From the NCBI GenBank assembly GCA_963716375.1, contig OY970306.1, positions 2,296,477 to 2,360,476 of the forward strand: DNA of 64,000 nt, given 5' to 3'. This DNA is from an uncultured Chloroflexia bacterium (GTDB lineage: Bacteria > Chloroflexota > Limnocylindria > Limnocylindrales > CSP1-4). Position 1 is the first letter of the stretch. Each line of letters opens with the position of its first letter. A model generated the notes under the pieces. It was not told the origin of the DNA, did not search any database, and saw nothing but the letters and a program-made list of their open reading frames with translations. Both the position numbers and the translations under genes were made by a program. Shown here in pieces: positions 62,983-64,000 of this stretch.

Positions 62983-64000
62983 TTGAGCACCGCCGTTCGT
63001 CGAATCGGCCCGCCGTCCATCCGGATCTCCGTCGGCCACCTCATCGATGGGACGGATGCGGCCCCGATCGACGACGCGGCGATCCTGGTCGTCGGCGATC
63101 GAATCGAGGCGGTCGGCCCGGCCAGCAGCGTGCCCACCCCGGACGACGCACGGCTGCTCGCCTTCCCCGAGGCCACGGCCCTGCCGGGACTGATCGATGC
63201 GCACGTCCACGTGACCTTCGCGGGTGACGTCGATCCGCTCGGCACGATGGCCAAGGAGACGGACGACGAGCTGGTCGCGCGCGGGCTCGTCAACACGGAG
63301 CGGCTGCTGCGATCCGGCGTGACGACCGCCTTCGATTGCGGCTCGCGGAATGCGACGGGGTTTGCCGTCCGGGAGGCGCTGCTGCGGGGGGCGGCCGTCG
63401 GTCCGCGGCTCATGGTCTCGGGCCGGCCCGTGACGCTCCGGCGCGGCCACTGCCACTGGCTCAACGGCGAGGTGGACGGCATCGACGGGATCCGCTCGGC
63501 GATTCGCCACCTGATCGAGGTCGAGGGCGCGGACGGGATCAAGATGATGGCCACCGGCGGCGGCATGACCACGGGGACCGACTCGCGCTGGGCCGCGTTC
63601 ACGGTCGAGGAGCTGGCCGCAGCCGCCGACGAGGCGCATCGGCACGACCGGATCATCACGACCCACGCCCACGGCGTGCCGGGGATCCGCAACGCCACCC
63701 TGGGCGGCATCGATGGGATCCAGCACACGACGATGATGGGCCCCGACTGGAGCTGGACCTTCGACGAGGAGGTCGCCGGGCTGATGGCCGAGCGCGGCAC
63801 ACGCGCCTGCCCGACGATGGGCGCCGGGATCCGGGTCGAGCTCGAGGGCGGCATCAACATCATGGACATGCAGCCGAACCCGGGCCGGATCAGTCGCAAC
63901 GAGTCGATCGACAACGGCCGGCGACTGCACGCGGCGGGCGTGCCGATGGTTCCCGCCACCGACGTCGGCGTCACCCTGACCGACTTCGGCGAGGAGCTGT
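62983..64000 (+). CDS. metal-dependent amidohydrolase, paralog of 15354-16625 (3' end beyond the window)
   Basis: Not in the ORF track because it has no stop in the window. A TTG at 62983 is preceded by AGGAGG at 9 nt. The translation reads LSTAVRRIGPPSIRISVGHLIDGTDAAPI...LPGLIDAHVHV...GVTTAFDCGS...ADGIKMMATGGG...ITTHAHG, collinear with the 15354 gene. Confidence 0.8.
   Translation, partial: MSTAVRRIGPPSIRISVGHLIDGTDAAPIDDAAILVVGDRIEAVGPASSVPTPDDARLLAFPEATALPGLIDAHVHVTFAGDVDPLGTMAKETDDELVARGLVNTERLLRSGVTTAFDCGSRNATGFAVREALLRGAAVGPRLMVSGRPVTLRRGHCHWLNGEVDGIDGIRSAIRHLIEVEGADGIKMMATGGGMTTGTDSRWAAFTVEELAAAADEAHRHDRIITTHAHGVPGIRNATLGGIDGIQHTTMMGPDWSWTFDEEVAGLMAERGTRACPTMGAGIRVELEGGINIMDMQPNPGRISRNESIDNGRRLHAAGVPMVPATDVGVTLTDFGEEL

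Noticed and set aside
62664-63974. Two long minus-strand ORFs (436 and 393 aa) at the right edge
   Set aside because: The plus strand encodes an amidohydrolase collinear with the 15354 paralog and has an AGGAGG-TTG start. It is missing from the ORF track only because it has no stop in the window. The minus-strand frames are artefacts.

Overview
Very GC-rich (about 70 % by eye), gene-dense chromosomal segment. Gene content looks Actinomycetota- or Chloroflexota-like: NrtR, an EXLDI-type protein, a DrrAB-type ABC pump, frequent ATGA/GTGA coupled gene junctions, and -10 hexamers set 7 nt before start codons. I can support about 50 protein-coding genes. I found no rRNA, tRNA, CRISPR array, transposase, integrase or phage gene.

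Gene blocks, in order:
- 0.2-6.8 kb: a flavinylation-centred membrane redox locus. It holds ApbE, an exported FMN_bind protein with an SGAT motif, a NOX-like di-haem reductase, an unusual ferric-reductase-TM::NuoF-like fusion, a ferredoxin, and two paralogous proteins that are little more than a Tat-type signal plus a linker.
- 6.9-9.5 kb: an adenylate cyclase-STAND-TPR protein.
- 9.8-11.5 kb: a DrrAB-like exporter.
- 11.5-14.9 kb: EXLDI-nadA-nadC with a divergent nrtR.
- 15.4-21.8 kb: an amidohydrolase, a small Cys-rich protein and a single-subunit-type glutamate synthase.
- 22-30.2 kb: kdpFABC bracketed by a split KdpD, with an output-less response regulator.
- 30.3-45 kb: a pentapeptide-repeat protein, an RCC1 lipoprotein, argH, transporters, an ALDH / half-ALDH / SRPBCC trio and a 940-aa secreted protein of unknown function.
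- 45.3-49.8 kb: a tightly coupled methyltransferase / FAD-oxidoreductase / Nudix / SRPBCC / FabF-like KS operon.
- 50-57.7 kb: a peptide / D-amino-acid catabolic island.
- 58-64 kb: an MDR oxidoreductase, a DUF3830-like protein, a GT-C glycosyltransferase, threonine aldolase and another amidohydrolase.

The observations most worth a second look:
- the redox locus, especially the FRD::NuoF fusion and an ApbE with no signal peptide preceded by a signal-only gene;
- a previously unannotated modular intergenic repeat family (four core copies at three loci, including a ~390-nt imperfect palindrome) with conserved blocks sitting in hairpins;
- the split-KdpD kdp locus;
- the orphan KS-SRPBCC operon;
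- at least five apparent frameshifts, all between 46 and 62 kb.

Many long ORFs in the six-frame track are antisense or out-of-frame artefacts of the GC content and were not called.
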